IMG/VR virus record: IMGVR_UViG_3300036783_000080
Location: 64,001-128,000 of that record
DNA: 64,000 bases
Strand: one strand, 5' to 3'
From: a virus
Lineage: Duplodnaviria > Caudoviricetes
In this document: positions 1 to 9,976 of the stretch, one piece after another
Layout of the letters: the number at the start of each line of letters is the position of its first letter
Position numbering within the stretch: position 1 is the first letter of the stretch
The notes under the pieces: generated by a model
The model's database searches: none
The model's input: the letters and a program-made list of their open reading frames with translations, nothing else
What the model was told of the DNA's origin: nothing
Position numbers and translations under genes: made by a program

Positions 1-48
1 TAATGGAAGTAGCTGCTTATGGTTCTCAAGCAAACGCACCATTTCTTC

Positions 49-492
49 TTATTGTTCATTGTTCTCCTCCTGTTCTGTAACGTATCCAACGTGTTGATAT
101 ACAGCCACCTTTAAGTTATCGCCGTTCTTCATCAAACTTCTTGCCACATTAGCGTTCCCAGGGTTGACATAAGCTCTATGCTGCTGCTTCTTACTTCGTT
201 GACTTAGAGCGGCTACAATTGGCTGCTCCTCTTCGTCATGTAATAGGAAGATTGTCTTGCGGTCATATCCATCGCCGCTCTCCAAACTCATTGACATTTC
301 AATTAGGTGATTTAGTTCTTTCTTCTTATCATTAGCAAGTTGTATTGTAGAATCCGTTTTCTCACGGAAGAACTCAATTCTGTAAATGTCATCCTTCAGT
401 ACTTGGATTCTTGCCTCAAGAGCTACCTTCAGAGCAGATACCTTCGCACCGTTCATACTTAATAGGGTGTTACTTATTACTTCACGTTTCAT
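49..492 (-). CDS. hypothetical protein
   Basis: 147-aa ORF with GAGGAGG RBS. Confidence 0.75.
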   Translation of the reverse strand: MKREVISNTLLSMNGAKVSALKVALEARIQVLKDDIYRIEFFREKTDSTIQLANDKKKELNHLIEMSMSLESGDGYDRKTIFLLHDEEEQPIVAALSQRSKKQQHRAYVNPGNANVARSLMKNGDNLKVAVYQHVGYVTEQEENNEQ

Positions 493-602
493 ATTGTTTC
501 CTCCTCAAGCGGTTATGCTTAATATAACGTACCAAGTGAAAACCGTCCTCCCCTCCATTCTCCATACCCATAAATTTATTTTCATGATATTGGAATTATC
601 TC

Positions 603-684
603 TTGACTATTGGAGTATACTTAATATATGATAGCTCTTGTAAGATATAAAAACCACTAGTCAAGTGGAAGAGGAGCGGATGAA
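603..684 (+). promoter_or_regulatory. early sigmaA-type promoter plus conserved leader
   Basis: TTGACT-18-TATGAT, then TTGTAAG, CACTAGTCAAGTGGAA and GAGGAGCG RBS. Confidence 0.8.
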
Positions 685-1272
685 ATGAGTAACACTAATA
701 GAAAATTTGACCAATTATCTTCAACGGAATTAAACGTAATTCACGCAAGTCTACACACAAGAATTGAGAAGTTAACTAAACGCAGTATGCAATACACTGA
801 TATGCTTGATGATTATAGAGAAGCTGGCGAAATCCTTTATACAGACGTAACACAAAAGTTAATTAAACAGGTCTCATTTGACCTTGAAGTTGCTTATCTT
901 CTATTAGGAGAAGTCAACCAAGAGATTGGAATAAAAGCAGAAGAGTTTATCAACGAAGTTCTTCCACCTATGCCAAAGGATTGGAACGATGACAGGTTCA
1001 AGTTAGCGGTTGACCCAAATTACAAATTCACTATTACAAACCTTTCAACAGGTGAAGTACGGGAATATGAAAACTCATATAAAGAGGAAGTTATCAAGAC
1101 AGGCAAGGAATTGCTTGACAGTAACTTGAAGACCTTGAAAGAGCTTTCTAACGAAGGTGTGGATGTACTTCCGTTCAAGGAAAGTATCAAGATAGAAGGA
1201 ACTTCTTCAACCGTTCTTCTCTTATCAAGTTATTGGTTACAAATAGTAGACGATTTAGAAGGAGAACAGTGA
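685..1272 (+). CDS. hypothetical early protein
   Basis: 195-aa ORF behind promoter and RBS. Confidence 0.8.
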   Translation: MSNTNRKFDQLSSTELNVIHASLHTRIEKLTKRSMQYTDMLDDYREAGEILYTDVTQKLIKQVSFDLEVAYLLLGEVNQEIGIKAEEFINEVLPPMPKDWNDDRFKLAVDPNYKFTITNLSTGEVREYENSYKEEVIKTGKELLDSNLKTLKELSNEGVDVLPFKESIKIEGTSSTVLLLSSYWLQIVDDLEGEQ

Positions 1273-1460
1273 TGAGTACACTCACACCTGAACAATTAGA
1301 TAAAGTCAAAGCAGCTTATAAGCTTTTCGATGAGTTAACCGATGACCTTGAAGCAGAACATCCTGGAAGGACTGACCACAAAGAACTATATGACATTTGG
1401 TCTTCTCTCTATGAGATTCTTGAAGAGCGGCTTGGAGAAAACTTTGGAGAGGAGCTATAA
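1272..1460 (+). CDS. hypothetical acidic protein
   Basis: AAGGAG RBS and TGATG overlap favour the start at 1272. Confidence 0.65.
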   Translation: MSTLTPEQLDKVKAAYKLFDELTDDLEAEHPGRTDHKELYDIWSSLYEILEERLGENFGEEL

Positions 1461-1554
1461 CATTGTTTACATCACCAGGAGAAATACTTATTTGTATTAT
1501 TATCTTTGCTCTATTTACATCATATGTAATCTCAGAATAAAGGAGCGATGACCT

Positions 1555-1902
1555 ATGTTCAAAAAGAAGAAAGTGAGGATTCCTGCTACATACGGGGAAT
1601 CCTTAGTACAAAACGTCCACAGGGATATTCACAGAGAGCTTATTATTGAGGACTATAAGTTCAAAGTTGAAGCTGATAAGATAATCTTTGTTATAATTCG
1701 AGAAAGCGATTTCAACAAGCGTAGGCTCACGAGAATTGTTCAGAGCGTTCTTGACAGGAAAATGTACAAACATCTCTTTGATTTGGATATATGGGAGCGT
1801 GACTATGGTTATTCGATACGTATATATGACGGTTACAACACGTACAAGCTAGTGAAAGATGATATCCTATTTATACAGGAGGAGATTGGCAAATGTCAAT
1901 AA
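1555..1902 (+). CDS. hypothetical protein
   Basis: 115-aa ORF, AAGGAGCG RBS. Confidence 0.75.
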   Translation: MFKKKKVRIPATYGESLVQNVHRDIHRELIIEDYKFKVEADKIIFVIIRESDFNKRRLTRIVQSVLDRKMYKHLFDLDIWERDYGYSIRIYDGYNTYKLVKDDILFIQEEIGKCQ

Positions 1903-2186
1903 AAGGCTCTACAACAGACACATATGAAAAACTGGTTATTAAAACGCCAGAAGGTTATTTGCGTGACGTGTGGGAAGAATGGGATTCAGATGAACAGAAC
2001 TTTGATTTCACAGACAACCCCAGATTTGCCTATACTTTCCACGATAAAGACGACGTGCCAAAGTATCTGGGTTGTTACCAGAACGTTAATATTAACAATA
2101 TGGAGGAAGCCGCTGAATATTTAAGAGGTGAAATCAAGAAAGTTGTTATTACGACAACGGTTGGATGGAAGGAAGAGGAGCTATAA
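1893..2186 (+). CDS. hypothetical protein
   Basis: 97-aa ORF, AGGAGG RBS. Confidence 0.75.
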   Translation: MSIKGSTTDTYEKLVIKTPEGYLRDVWEEWDSDEQNFDFTDNPRFAYTFHDKDDVPKYLGCYQNVNINNMEEAAEYLRGEIKKVVITTTVGWKEEEL

Positions 2187-2228
2187 ACAAGCTTCTCTGT
2201 TTTCTTTGAATTATTTTCAAAATAACAC

Positions 2229-2309
2229 TTGACGATTGGAGTACATTATTATATGATGTGTTTGTGAGATAGTTTTACACAGTAATCAAGTAGAAAAGGA
2301 GCGATTGGT
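2229..2309 (+). promoter_or_regulatory. early sigmaA-type promoter plus leader
   Basis: TTGACG-17-TATGAT, TGTGAGA-TAGT-TTTACA hairpin, AATCAAGTAGAAAAGGAGCG. Confidence 0.8.
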
Positions 2310-2621
2310 ATGAAGTACAAGTTAACTTTAGTTGAAACTTATGTGGAAGGCGTTCACATTGAAGAAATGGTGGACGACGGTAAGGCGGCTGGATACGTAA
2401 TTGTTAGTAAGAAAGGTGCCTTACTTATTGATAACGGTCAAGATTTCAGTAACGAAGCTGAAGAAGGTGAAGTTGAAGTTTGGTTTAAAGGTACGAAGGA
2501 ATATATGAGCTTTGAAAACTTCGTTACTCTTTTGGATAGCAGCGTTGAGCTTCCAGATGACGCTTTAATAGATTTATCTGGACAACACGATTACCTTATT
2601 ACAAAAGTCGAGAAAGCCTAA
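2310..2621 (+). CDS. hypothetical acidic protein
   Basis: 103-aa ORF, followed by a hairpin and T-run. Confidence 0.75.
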   Translation: MKYKLTLVETYVEGVHIEEMVDDGKAAGYVIVSKKGALLIDNGQDFSNEAEEGEVEVWFKGTKEYMSFENFVTLLDSSVELPDDALIDLSGQHDYLITKVEKA

Positions 2622-2683
2622 AATATGGGGGAAGGTTCTTCCTTCCCTTCCCTTTCTAATAAAACATTAAAGGAGCGGTTGAA

Positions 2684-3184
2684 ATGGAAAAGTTTGATAT
2701 TCGTAGTTATATTATGTTGAAGGATGGAAGCAGTATTGAAATAGGTGATTATCTAACGATTGAAGAGAAGGATGGAAGCAGCTATACAGGAACGTTAACA
2801 GGTTTCTCTCAATTCAGCTTAACTATACTCAAGGAAGGCGAGAACTTCTCATATACAGTAGTTTCAACTCAAATTGTGAGCGTCAAGAGAACTACGAAGC
2901 AACATAGTGTTGAAATAGTTGACAATCGTTTGTTTGTACAAGATGAGGAAGGTTGTCATGGGTTCTACAACAGTGGGAAGGTTATCAAAGTAACTACAAA
3001 GAGCGGCGGCGAACATATAGGAAGGTTGAGAGTGAACGAAAGATTGTGTGATGATGCAGTAACCCTCGGTGCGGTTGAACTCTTTACTTTGTACGATATC
3101 CCAGGAGAGGTTTGCGCTATTGAACTCAAAGATATTCAGAGCGTGAAATATTACTTTGGAGTAGGCGACAAGCCACTACAATAG
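2684..3184 (+). CDS. hypothetical protein, two Sm/SH3-like barrel repeats
   Basis: two copies of a V-x-V-x-x-K-x-G-x-x-[HY]-x-G-x-L type pattern. Confidence 0.5.
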   Translation: MEKFDIRSYIMLKDGSSIEIGDYLTIEEKDGSSYTGTLTGFSQFSLTILKEGENFSYTVVSTQIVSVKRTTKQHSVEIVDNRLFVQDEEGCHGFYNSGKVIKVTTKSGGEHIGRLRVNERLCDDAVTLGAVELFTLYDIPGEVCAIELKDIQSVKYYFGVGDKPLQ

Positions 3185-3196
3185 GAGGAGCTGAAT

Positions 3197-3601
3197 ATGT
3201 CTAAATTCAAACAAGGTGACAAGGTTAAATTCTTTAACACATACACACGTTATCACGTAGTAATAGCGAAGAAAGGCAGCAATGGTATCGTAGTCGAGTC
3301 AGAGGTTGTAGGACACGAGTATAAGAATGGGATTCCTATTGAAATGCGTAAAGTAAAGGTACAACTAACAAGCGGTGACGTTATAGAAGTACCTGAAGAT
3401 GATTACATCGAATTATGGAAGCAGATAAAGAAGCCTAAACTGGAGGAACTATCACCCAAGGAGCTTCTTGACAAGTTAGCTATATTACACGCTGACGAAA
3501 TTCATACAAGTATGAGAACAAAGAAATACCAAAAGGTAGTAAAGGATGTAGGGAAAGTTGAAGCGGAAATACTAAGAAGAATGGAAAGAGGAGCTGAATA
3601 A
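3197..3601 (+). CDS. hypothetical protein, KOW/SH3-like N-terminus
   Basis: FKQGDKVKF start, GGAGG RBS. Confidence 0.65.
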   Translation: MSKFKQGDKVKFFNTYTRYHVVIAKKGSNGIVVESEVVGHEYKNGIPIEMRKVKVQLTSGDVIEVPEDDYIELWKQIKKPKLEELSPKELLDKLAILHADEIHTSMRTKKYQKVVKDVGKVEAEILRRMERGAE

Positions 3602-3620
3602 TTCAGCTCTTTTCTTTTAT
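3588..3620 (+). terminator. intrinsic terminator
   Basis: GAGCTGAAT-A-ATTCAGCTC plus T-run. Confidence 0.8.
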
Positions 3621-3641
3621 TCAAAATTTGTTAAATAGTTC

Positions 3642-3670
3642 TTGACTATTGGGAAGTATTCCTTTAAACT
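3642..3670 (+). promoter_or_regulatory. early sigmaA-type promoter
   Basis: TTGACT-17-TAAACT followed by TGTAGGG/CCTTACA hairpin. Confidence 0.75.
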
Positions 3671-3724
3671 ATTAGTTGTAGGGTTATTCCTTACATAAAA
3701 TTGAATATAGAGGAGCGAATTGGA

Positions 3725-3991
3725 ATGAGTAAATTAAACGTGGACGGTATTGAACAACTAGTAGGAAAGGTTGTCTTACTAGACGAAGAGTTGGATTTTG
3801 GAAACGGTGTCCTTCCTAAAGGTACAAAATTAAAAGGCGGCGAGTATCAAGGTGATATCCTATTCGAACTTGTTGAAGAAAAGGATAAAGATTTGATGGA
3901 TAAGTTAATTGGAGAAAGAGAACTTTTAATCCAAATTGACCCGTTTGAAGAAGATAGCGAGTTTTACGCAAAAGTTGTACTAGCGGAATAA
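3725..3991 (+). CDS. hypothetical acidic protein
   Basis: GAGGAGCG RBS favours ATG 3725. Confidence 0.7.
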   Translation: MSKLNVDGIEQLVGKVVLLDEELDFGNGVLPKGTKLKGGEYQGDILFELVEEKDKDLMDKLIGERELLIQIDPFEEDSEFYAKVVLAE

Positions 3992-4089
3992 GAAGAATGG
4001 AGAGGAGCTGACAAGCTTCTCTTCTTTTTGTTTATATACAAGTAAATTACAATTATTCTAAAATATTCTAAATTTTACTAAACTTTTCC

Positions 4090-4118
4090 TTGACTCTAAA
4101 TATTCTTAATATTATACT
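4090..4118 (+). promoter_or_regulatory. sigmaA-type promoter
   Basis: TTGACT-17-TATACT. Confidence 0.8.
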
Positions 4119-4174
4119 ATTACTTGTGAGGTTCGTCCTTACCAATAAACAACATATATAGGAGGAATTTATTT

Positions 4175-6253
4175 ATGAAACCACAAGTAGTATTATACGG
4201 ATTAGACTTCAGACAAGTGAACACGATTGATGTTCAAAAGGTGGCTAACATCGGACAAGCGTATGAGTTAGTAGTCGCACCAAAGCTCAAAGGCACAGAG
4301 TTGGTAAATTGGATTGTAGATAACACTGAAAACCTAAAAGAAATTATTATTTCTATTGACGCATTAGGTTATGGTGATTTGATAGAATCAAGAAACTTCT
4401 ACCCTGTTGAGTATATTGACGAAATCCTTTACAGTACGTTTGAAGCAATAAGAGCGCATAGCGTTACCAAGAATGTTAAGATTACAGCATTTAATAGTAT
4501 CTTGCGTACTACACCTAACTTAACGAGTGCGACAAAAGTTGCTCAGGATTCTTATTTCCGTGAGTGGGACTCTTTAACAGATTTGTTAGACAACTTTTCG
4601 ATTGATAATAAAGATGCGACATTCTCACGAATAAAGGAATTAGAAAAAGAAATCAACCCAGAGTTGTTAGCAAACTTTAAGAAGACTCGTGAACGTAACT
4701 TACTAATTAACAAACGTATGCTCTCTTGGACGGATTTAAAGTACATTGACAGATTAATCTTCTTTGCTGACCAAGGTCAAAAGTTCGGTTGGAATAGACA
4801 GAATATGGAGATACTACAGAAGAAAGTTTCTCAGCTTCCTTCTACACTAGGTGGAAGAGTGTTCTTTGTAGGCGGTGAATATGGAGCTTCTGTTTTACTT
4901 GCTGGTGGACGTAATCAACGCTATTCTGGTGTTAATGTTAAGATGTATATTGATTATGGTTCTGAAGATGAGAAAACACAAGTAGATGCTTATGAGACAT
5001 TAGCACTACACGCCAACATAGTTGGAAACGCTGAAGCTGGTGAAATCGAAATCGTTGATAATCCAACAAACGCAGACTTTGTCCTTTACCACCATAACAA
5101 CGCTTCTAATACTGATGCTTTATTAAGTCGTATTAAAGCAAACGTTGATAAAGCTGTTGTAATTGTTCCTAGTGATTCGAAAGAGTTTATTAGCAGACTA
5201 CGTAAAGAGGTTAACATTAACCGTCTAGTTGCCTTCTCAGCTCTTGGGACTACAGGCTCAATGATTGGTACAGCTCTTGGTCAAGCGGTTTCTCGTATCG
5301 TAGCTTTAAAGACACCAAAGTCATTCGATAAAGATAATGCTTCTGTACAAGCCCATGTAGAGTTACTATTACAACGCTTCTACGAGAACATTTACCAAAC
5401 AACTAAACGTTATGTTTACAACCTTGCAAACGCTAAAGGCTATGACATCTTAAACCTTAGAGACTCTATTGATGAAGTTAATGCCCTAGTTGATAAAGCA
5501 GTAAGACCAAGAGCAATCTCATTCTATGCTGAACGCTTCCATGGACGTAATGTAAAGAATGCTACAACAATAGACTATAAGACTACTCAACACGATTTAA
5601 CAAGAGTCACACTTCCGTTCTATCGTACTACAGAAGCAGAGATTTCACCAAGAGTTGTTATGGACTCTCGTGTACCATTATATGGAGAATTTAATGACGT
5701 TCCATCAGGACACTGGGCATATCCGCATGTTATGAAGCTATTAAAACTTGACGTGGTAAGCGGCGGCGGTGATGGAAACTTCTATCCAGATGCTCCTATG
5801 ATTCGCTCTCATCTTGCTAAACTGATTTACAACCTATTCAAGTTCAATCTTGATTACGTTCCAAACCCAGGATTCAGTGATGTTCCATCGTCTCATCCGT
5901 TCTACAAAGAGATTGCTACATTGAAACACCTTGGAATCCTAAACGGAAATAGTGCGACAACGTTCAATCCAGATGGAAATGTTGACAGAGCATCTATTGC
6001 TATTATCATTAGTAAGCTATTTGGATTAGATTTAACAGCAGAAGGACGTACTGTATCAGAGTTCTTCGTTGATGCTGGTGTTGTATCTTGGGCTAAAGAC
6101 TCCATCAACCTGTTAGGTGAATATAGAATCGTTTCTATCCCATCCGATAAGAAGTTCAACCCATCAGTAATAGCATCCAGAGCAGTTGTTGCTACATTCC
6201 TTTCTAAAGCTTTAGAGCGTGTTGACATTCTAAACGCTGAAGGAACACTATAA
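4175..6253 (+). CDS. DUF4127-like domain with three C-terminal S-layer homology (SLH) repeats
   Basis: LDFRQVN and ISIDALGYGDLIESR resemble DUF4127; FNDVPSGHWAY, FSDVPSSHPFY and FVDAGVVSWAK repeats with F-x-P...R are SLH. Confidence 0.75.
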   Translation: MKPQVVLYGLDFRQVNTIDVQKVANIGQAYELVVAPKLKGTELVNWIVDNTENLKEIIISIDALGYGDLIESRNFYPVEYIDEILYSTFEAIRAHSVTKNVKITAFNSILRTTPNLTSATKVAQDSYFREWDSLTDLLDNFSIDNKDATFSRIKELEKEINPELLANFKKTRERNLLINKRMLSWTDLKYIDRLIFFADQGQKFGWNRQNMEILQKKVSQLPSTLGGRVFFVGGEYGASVLLAGGRNQRYSGVNVKMYIDYGSEDEKTQVDAYETLALHANIVGNAEAGEIEIVDNPTNADFVLYHHNNASNTDALLSRIKANVDKAVVIVPSDSKEFISRLRKEVNINRLVAFSALGTTGSMIGTALGQAVSRIVALKTPKSFDKDNASVQAHVELLLQRFYENIYQTTKRYVYNLANAKGYDILNLRDSIDEVNALVDKAVRPRAISFYAERFHGRNVKNATTIDYKTTQHDLTRVTLPFYRTTEAEISPRVVMDSRVPLYGEFNDVPSGHWAYPHVMKLLKLDVVSGGGDGNFYPDAPMIRSHLAKLIYNLFKFNLDYVPNPGFSDVPSSHPFYKEIATLKHLGILNGNSATTFNPDGNVDRASIAIIISKLFGLDLTAEGRTVSEFFVDAGVVSWAKDSINLLGEYRIVSIPSDKKFNPSVIASRAVVATFLSKALERVDILNAEGTL

Positions 6254-6259
6254 TAATTA

Positions 6260-6296
6260 GAGAAAGAGAGCCTGAAAAGGCTCTCTTTTCTTTATT
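6260..6296. terminator. bidirectional terminator
   Basis: AAAGAGAGCC-TGAAAA-GGCTCTCTTT between convergent genes. Confidence 0.85.
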
Positions 6297-8598
6297 GTTT
6301 TACCCAAGTTAACACTCCATCGTTGCCCATCTTCGCTTTCCAATAACTTCCATCGTCAGAACGCATTTGAATTCCTTTCGTTGCGTCCCCAAATATTAAG
6401 TCTCCAAACACCTTGTTATCGGATTCTGTATTCAAGAATGGCTTTGGATATCCGTCACCGATTGTACCAAATATACGGTTAACCCTTACGAGCGTATTGG
6501 CATTGTTAGTTCCCCATATAGTGAACTTTAGTTTGTATGTTGTAGTGGCTCTTGCTGCGATATGGAATGTGGAAGTCTTTAGGCTGGCTTGGTTTGTTAC
6601 AGATACATATGCGTTTGTAGGTGAGTTGATTACACGTTCAATCTTAATATTCGTTGGTGTTTCATCCCAACCAAACGCTACGCCTACAGATTCCATACTT
6701 GGAATGCCTGTTGTTCCAAAGTCTATCTCTATAACAATAGGAACGGCGGCTGTCGGATTAGTCCACCTACAGAATTGTTCTCTTCTTAATGAAAACATTC
6801 CCCATAGATTCCCAGCAGTCTTCACAGCACCCAAAGAAGTCACCTTATAGTGTTTATCTGCCAAATGTAAGATGTCATCTTGGTCTCCAGACATTGATTT
6901 ATCATTGGGAAGGATAGGTGTTATATTTACATTCGCAGCGGCAGTAGGAGAATAACTTGTGTAAGGCAAGTAAGCCTTTCCTCCATCCTTCGTGCTTGTC
7001 ATCATAACTCTTGATATCGTCACTTTCTTCGTTGTTTTGTTATATCCCCACATAGCAATACGTATCTTTGTACACTTATCTGACATGGAATATGGAGGTG
7101 ATACAGCGATAGCTTGAGATGTGTTACTCTTTGTCCAATGTACTTCAGTCCACTTCTTCGTGATGTCATCGTACATAGACATTGTATAGCCTTTCGGTTG
7201 TTCTCCCCATGGATTCATAACAGTCAAGAAAGCAGCGTAGAAACATGGGTCTGTAGAAAGGTCAATCTCTATTACAACAGGGTTCTCATACGTAGCGTTT
7301 GTCATATCGAATGTGACGCCACTCTCAGTATCGAATGAGAATATGTCAGAAAGTTGACCAGCTAGTATCTTGTGTGTAGATGTTTGAGCAACCGTGAATC
7401 CTCTTAAGTTACCATTAACCATCCAGTCATCTTGATTCCCAAGGAAGTTCGGAACATAAGGCAAAGAGATAGGCATGGCATTAATACGTTTATCAGCTAC
7501 ATAGTTGTTTGGACTAGGAAAGCCATTCATATATCCTTTATCAATCCATGACTCGGTCAGCTCCTGAGCCATAGCAGATTTAATCTCATTGAATTTCGCT
7601 GTAGCAGTAAACTCAAACGCCGCATTCTCTTCTTTCATCTTGTGTAAGTCCCAGAAGAATCCGTCAAAGCGATTCAAAGCAGACTCACAATAAATCATTC
7701 TCTTCGTGCCCACTTCTGCTTGTAGTTGTAATTGAGTAAAGATATTACCACCTACATCACGTGGGATAGCGTTGTCGCCTTCTAAATAGATTCCATACTC
7801 AAAGTTCATAATTGTTATCTCATGGAACATATTCGCATTCACCCAAGAAGGTCTGTTCATATCCTTGACAGATGGGTCAACCCTTAAATGGATTCCCTTT
7901 CCTATATTCGTCATTGTTATGTTATTACACTTAACGTTGTCTATATAGGAATCAAGCGTTTTCGCTTCCATAAAGATTCCTGTTCCTAACCATCCAGATG
8001 TCTTTTGAGCTCCCATAATGTTTATATTGTCCAGGGAATGGGATTGTTCGTAGAATTGAAACACGTCTACAGCATCGTAGTAAAACACCGCTTTCGACCA
8101 AGTAGGCATGTTTCTCAAGTCAACCGTTGCTCCATCAATAGCTGCTAAAGGTTTCATCTGGAATATGTTTACATTCGCAAGAGGTTTAACAATAGCATTA
8201 GGAGCAAAGACCATTCTCACTCCTTTAGGAACAACAATTGTTCTCGTTATACCATAGACTCCATCAGGGATGTAAACCACTTTTATTCTTGTTGTAGAGC
8301 TTGTGTAAAGTAATCTGTCAAACGCACTACTGTCATCTGTTCCGTTGGCTGAAGCAGAAAAGTCACGAATATTCAAACCTTTCTCACTCAAGCTTGTTGT
8401 TAACGCTCTCGGTGACGTGCCCAACTCTGTAATGTTACCGATGTTGATGGAAGCGTTAGAAACTTTCTCAATTAAGTCTGTTGGAACGTTCCCACCGCCG
8501 CTCGGCAGCTCTTTCTTCAGTAATTCGATGTCTATTTCTTTAGGAGTGATTATGAACTGTTTACCAAGACCAGGAATATATTTGCCTGCATTATCCAC
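6292..8598 (-). CDS. beta-helix (pectate-lyase-like) spike/fibre protein
   Basis: NIRDF..A.GTDDSSAF...VYIPDGVY motif, beta-helix coils, duplicated C-terminal domains; AAAGGGG RBS favours GTG 8598 over 8655. Confidence 0.7.
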   Translation of the reverse strand: MDNAGKYIPGLGKQFIITPKEIDIELLKKELPSGGGNVPTDLIEKVSNASINIGNITELGTSPRALTTSLSEKGLNIRDFSASANGTDDSSAFDRLLYTSSTTRIKVVYIPDGVYGITRTIVVPKGVRMVFAPNAIVKPLANVNIFQMKPLAAIDGATVDLRNMPTWSKAVFYYDAVDVFQFYEQSHSLDNINIMGAQKTSGWLGTGIFMEAKTLDSYIDNVKCNNITMTNIGKGIHLRVDPSVKDMNRPSWVNANMFHEITIMNFEYGIYLEGDNAIPRDVGGNIFTQLQLQAEVGTKRMIYCESALNRFDGFFWDLHKMKEENAAFEFTATAKFNEIKSAMAQELTESWIDKGYMNGFPSPNNYVADKRINAMPISLPYVPNFLGNQDDWMVNGNLRGFTVAQTSTHKILAGQLSDIFSFDTESGVTFDMTNATYENPVVIEIDLSTDPCFYAAFLTVMNPWGEQPKGYTMSMYDDITKKWTEVHWTKSNTSQAIAVSPPYSMSDKCTKIRIAMWGYNKTTKKVTISRVMMTSTKDGGKAYLPYTSYSPTAAANVNITPILPNDKSMSGDQDDILHLADKHYKVTSLGAVKTAGNLWGMFSLRREQFCRWTNPTAAVPIVIEIDFGTTGIPSMESVGVAFGWDETPTNIKIERVINSPTNAYVSVTNQASLKTSTFHIAARATTTYKLKFTIWGTNNANTLVRVNRIFGTIGDGYPKPFLNTESDNKVFGDLIFGDATKGIQMRSDDGSYWKAKMGNDGVLTWVKQ

Positions 8599-8693
8599 AT
8601 ATACCATCCCCTTTCTAATTACATAATAAAATATCGCAAATATGAGCGTTACCATATATGAGAAAATAATTTCAATTATTTCAGAATAAACAC

Positions 8694-8777
8694 TTGACTA
8701 CAAGTATAGACTATATTATGATTAACTTGTAAGATAGTTCTTACACACTAACCAAGTAGAAAAAGGAGCGGTTAAAT
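8694..8777 (+). promoter_or_regulatory. early sigmaA-type promoter plus leader
   Basis: TTGACT-17-TATGAT, TGTAAGA-TAGT-TCTTACA hairpin, CACTAACCAAGTAGAAAAAGGAGCG. Confidence 0.85.
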
Positions 8778-9122
8778 ATGAAAACAACGAAGGTAAATAT
8801 GATTGACACTTTAGCAGTAGCAACAACGGAAGGCAATTTGGTAATTGAAAGAGATGAAAAGCCAGGTCTTGAGCAGTACATTACGGTAAAGGCTGAAGGA
8901 ATTGAAGTTACATATTGGGAAGTAGAAAAGGTTGGTAGTAAGGATTTGAAACGTACATGGGCTACAATCAATGGTGTTAAGTTCCACACTGACCCATACA
9001 ATTGGTACTGGCAAAAAGGTGGAAGAGGCGGTTTCAAGAACAAGGAAATGATATTGGAAACCCTGAAAGTGGTTGATTCATTTATATACAATGAAGGTTA
9101 CTTCTTCGAAAAGAAATGGTAA
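8778..9122 (+). CDS. hypothetical early protein
   Basis: 114-aa ORF behind promoter cassette. Confidence 0.8.
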   Translation: MKTTKVNMIDTLAVATTEGNLVIERDEKPGLEQYITVKAEGIEVTYWEVEKVGSKDLKRTWATINGVKFHTDPYNWYWQKGGRGGFKNKEMILETLKVVDSFIYNEGYFFEKKW

Positions 9123-9248
9123 TAACGCAAGTTTGGCTTGTGATATTGGTTGAGGGAGCTTGCCAAAGCTCCTCTGACAACTAAATATCCATTAAAGAAC
9201 TAAAATGTCACTGAGAGGAAATCTCACACATATAGGAGGAAATGTATA

Positions 9249-9641
9249 ATGGCAAACGATTGGATGAAAGGTTTCAAAGTAACACTTATATTAGATGGAC
9301 AAACCGTATATCAAACAACGGTGCGTAGTAAGTCCAAACAAGCGGCTATTGTTAATGTGTTAACGAATAAGTACAAAGGCAAGTTTGACTCCATAGAAGC
9401 GAAGGAAGTTATTGACACGCAGAAGTACCTTAAGGAAGTAGCTAGTCAGGTTACCCAAGCGTTTGACCTTCTCAATATGGCTTCTATGACTATTGACTCG
9501 TTGGCCATTGAAGGAGCATTCACTACAGACCAAGCTAAACGTGTACAGTCTCTATTCCAACAGGATATCAACATACAGTATATCGCTTTGTTACGTAGCG
9601 AGCTTGTGGCGATTAGAAGAGAATTGGAGGAAAAGAAATGA
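9249..9641 (+). CDS. hypothetical protein
   Basis: 130-aa ORF, AGGAGG RBS. Confidence 0.75.
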   Translation: MANDWMKGFKVTLILDGQTVYQTTVRSKSKQAAIVNVLTNKYKGKFDSIEAKEVIDTQKYLKEVASQVTQAFDLLNMASMTIDSLAIEGAFTTDQAKRVQSLFQQDINIQYIALLRSELVAIRRELEEKK

Positions 9642-9976
9642 ATCATTATATGGAGAACGGCAAGGTTGTTATCTTTGAAAGTCAGTTGGACTATCATGAG
9701 GAAGAACCGGAATATGTACGCAAGAATCTAAATAAGCTATGTGATGGGAATTACGCTGTTGTAGAGGACGATGAAGAGGAAACAATCTATTACATTCCAG
9801 ATTTCCTTGATGTCCTAACAGGAGCAACGATTGTCCGCAATATGGAACGTACTAAGAAGTCAATGCACTATGCTATTGTATATGGAGATAATCCAGACTT
9901 TGATTGTTATGAAGGAACGCTTATTGCTGAGAATGATATGTATGTGTTAATTAACATCGATGATGAGGACTTTTAA
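9638..9976 (+). CDS. hypothetical acidic protein
   Basis: 112-aa ORF, ATGA overlap. Confidence 0.75.
   Translation: MNHYMENGKVVIFESQLDYHEEEPEYVRKNLNKLCDGNYAVVEDDEEETIYYIPDFLDVLTGATIVRNMERTKKSMHYAIVYGDNPDFDCYEGTLIAENDMYVLINIDDEDF

Noticed and set aside
2718-2781. 15-nt direct repeat GAAGGATGGAAGCAG
   Set aside because: Encodes a repeated KDGSS turn within one ORF; no sign of mobility
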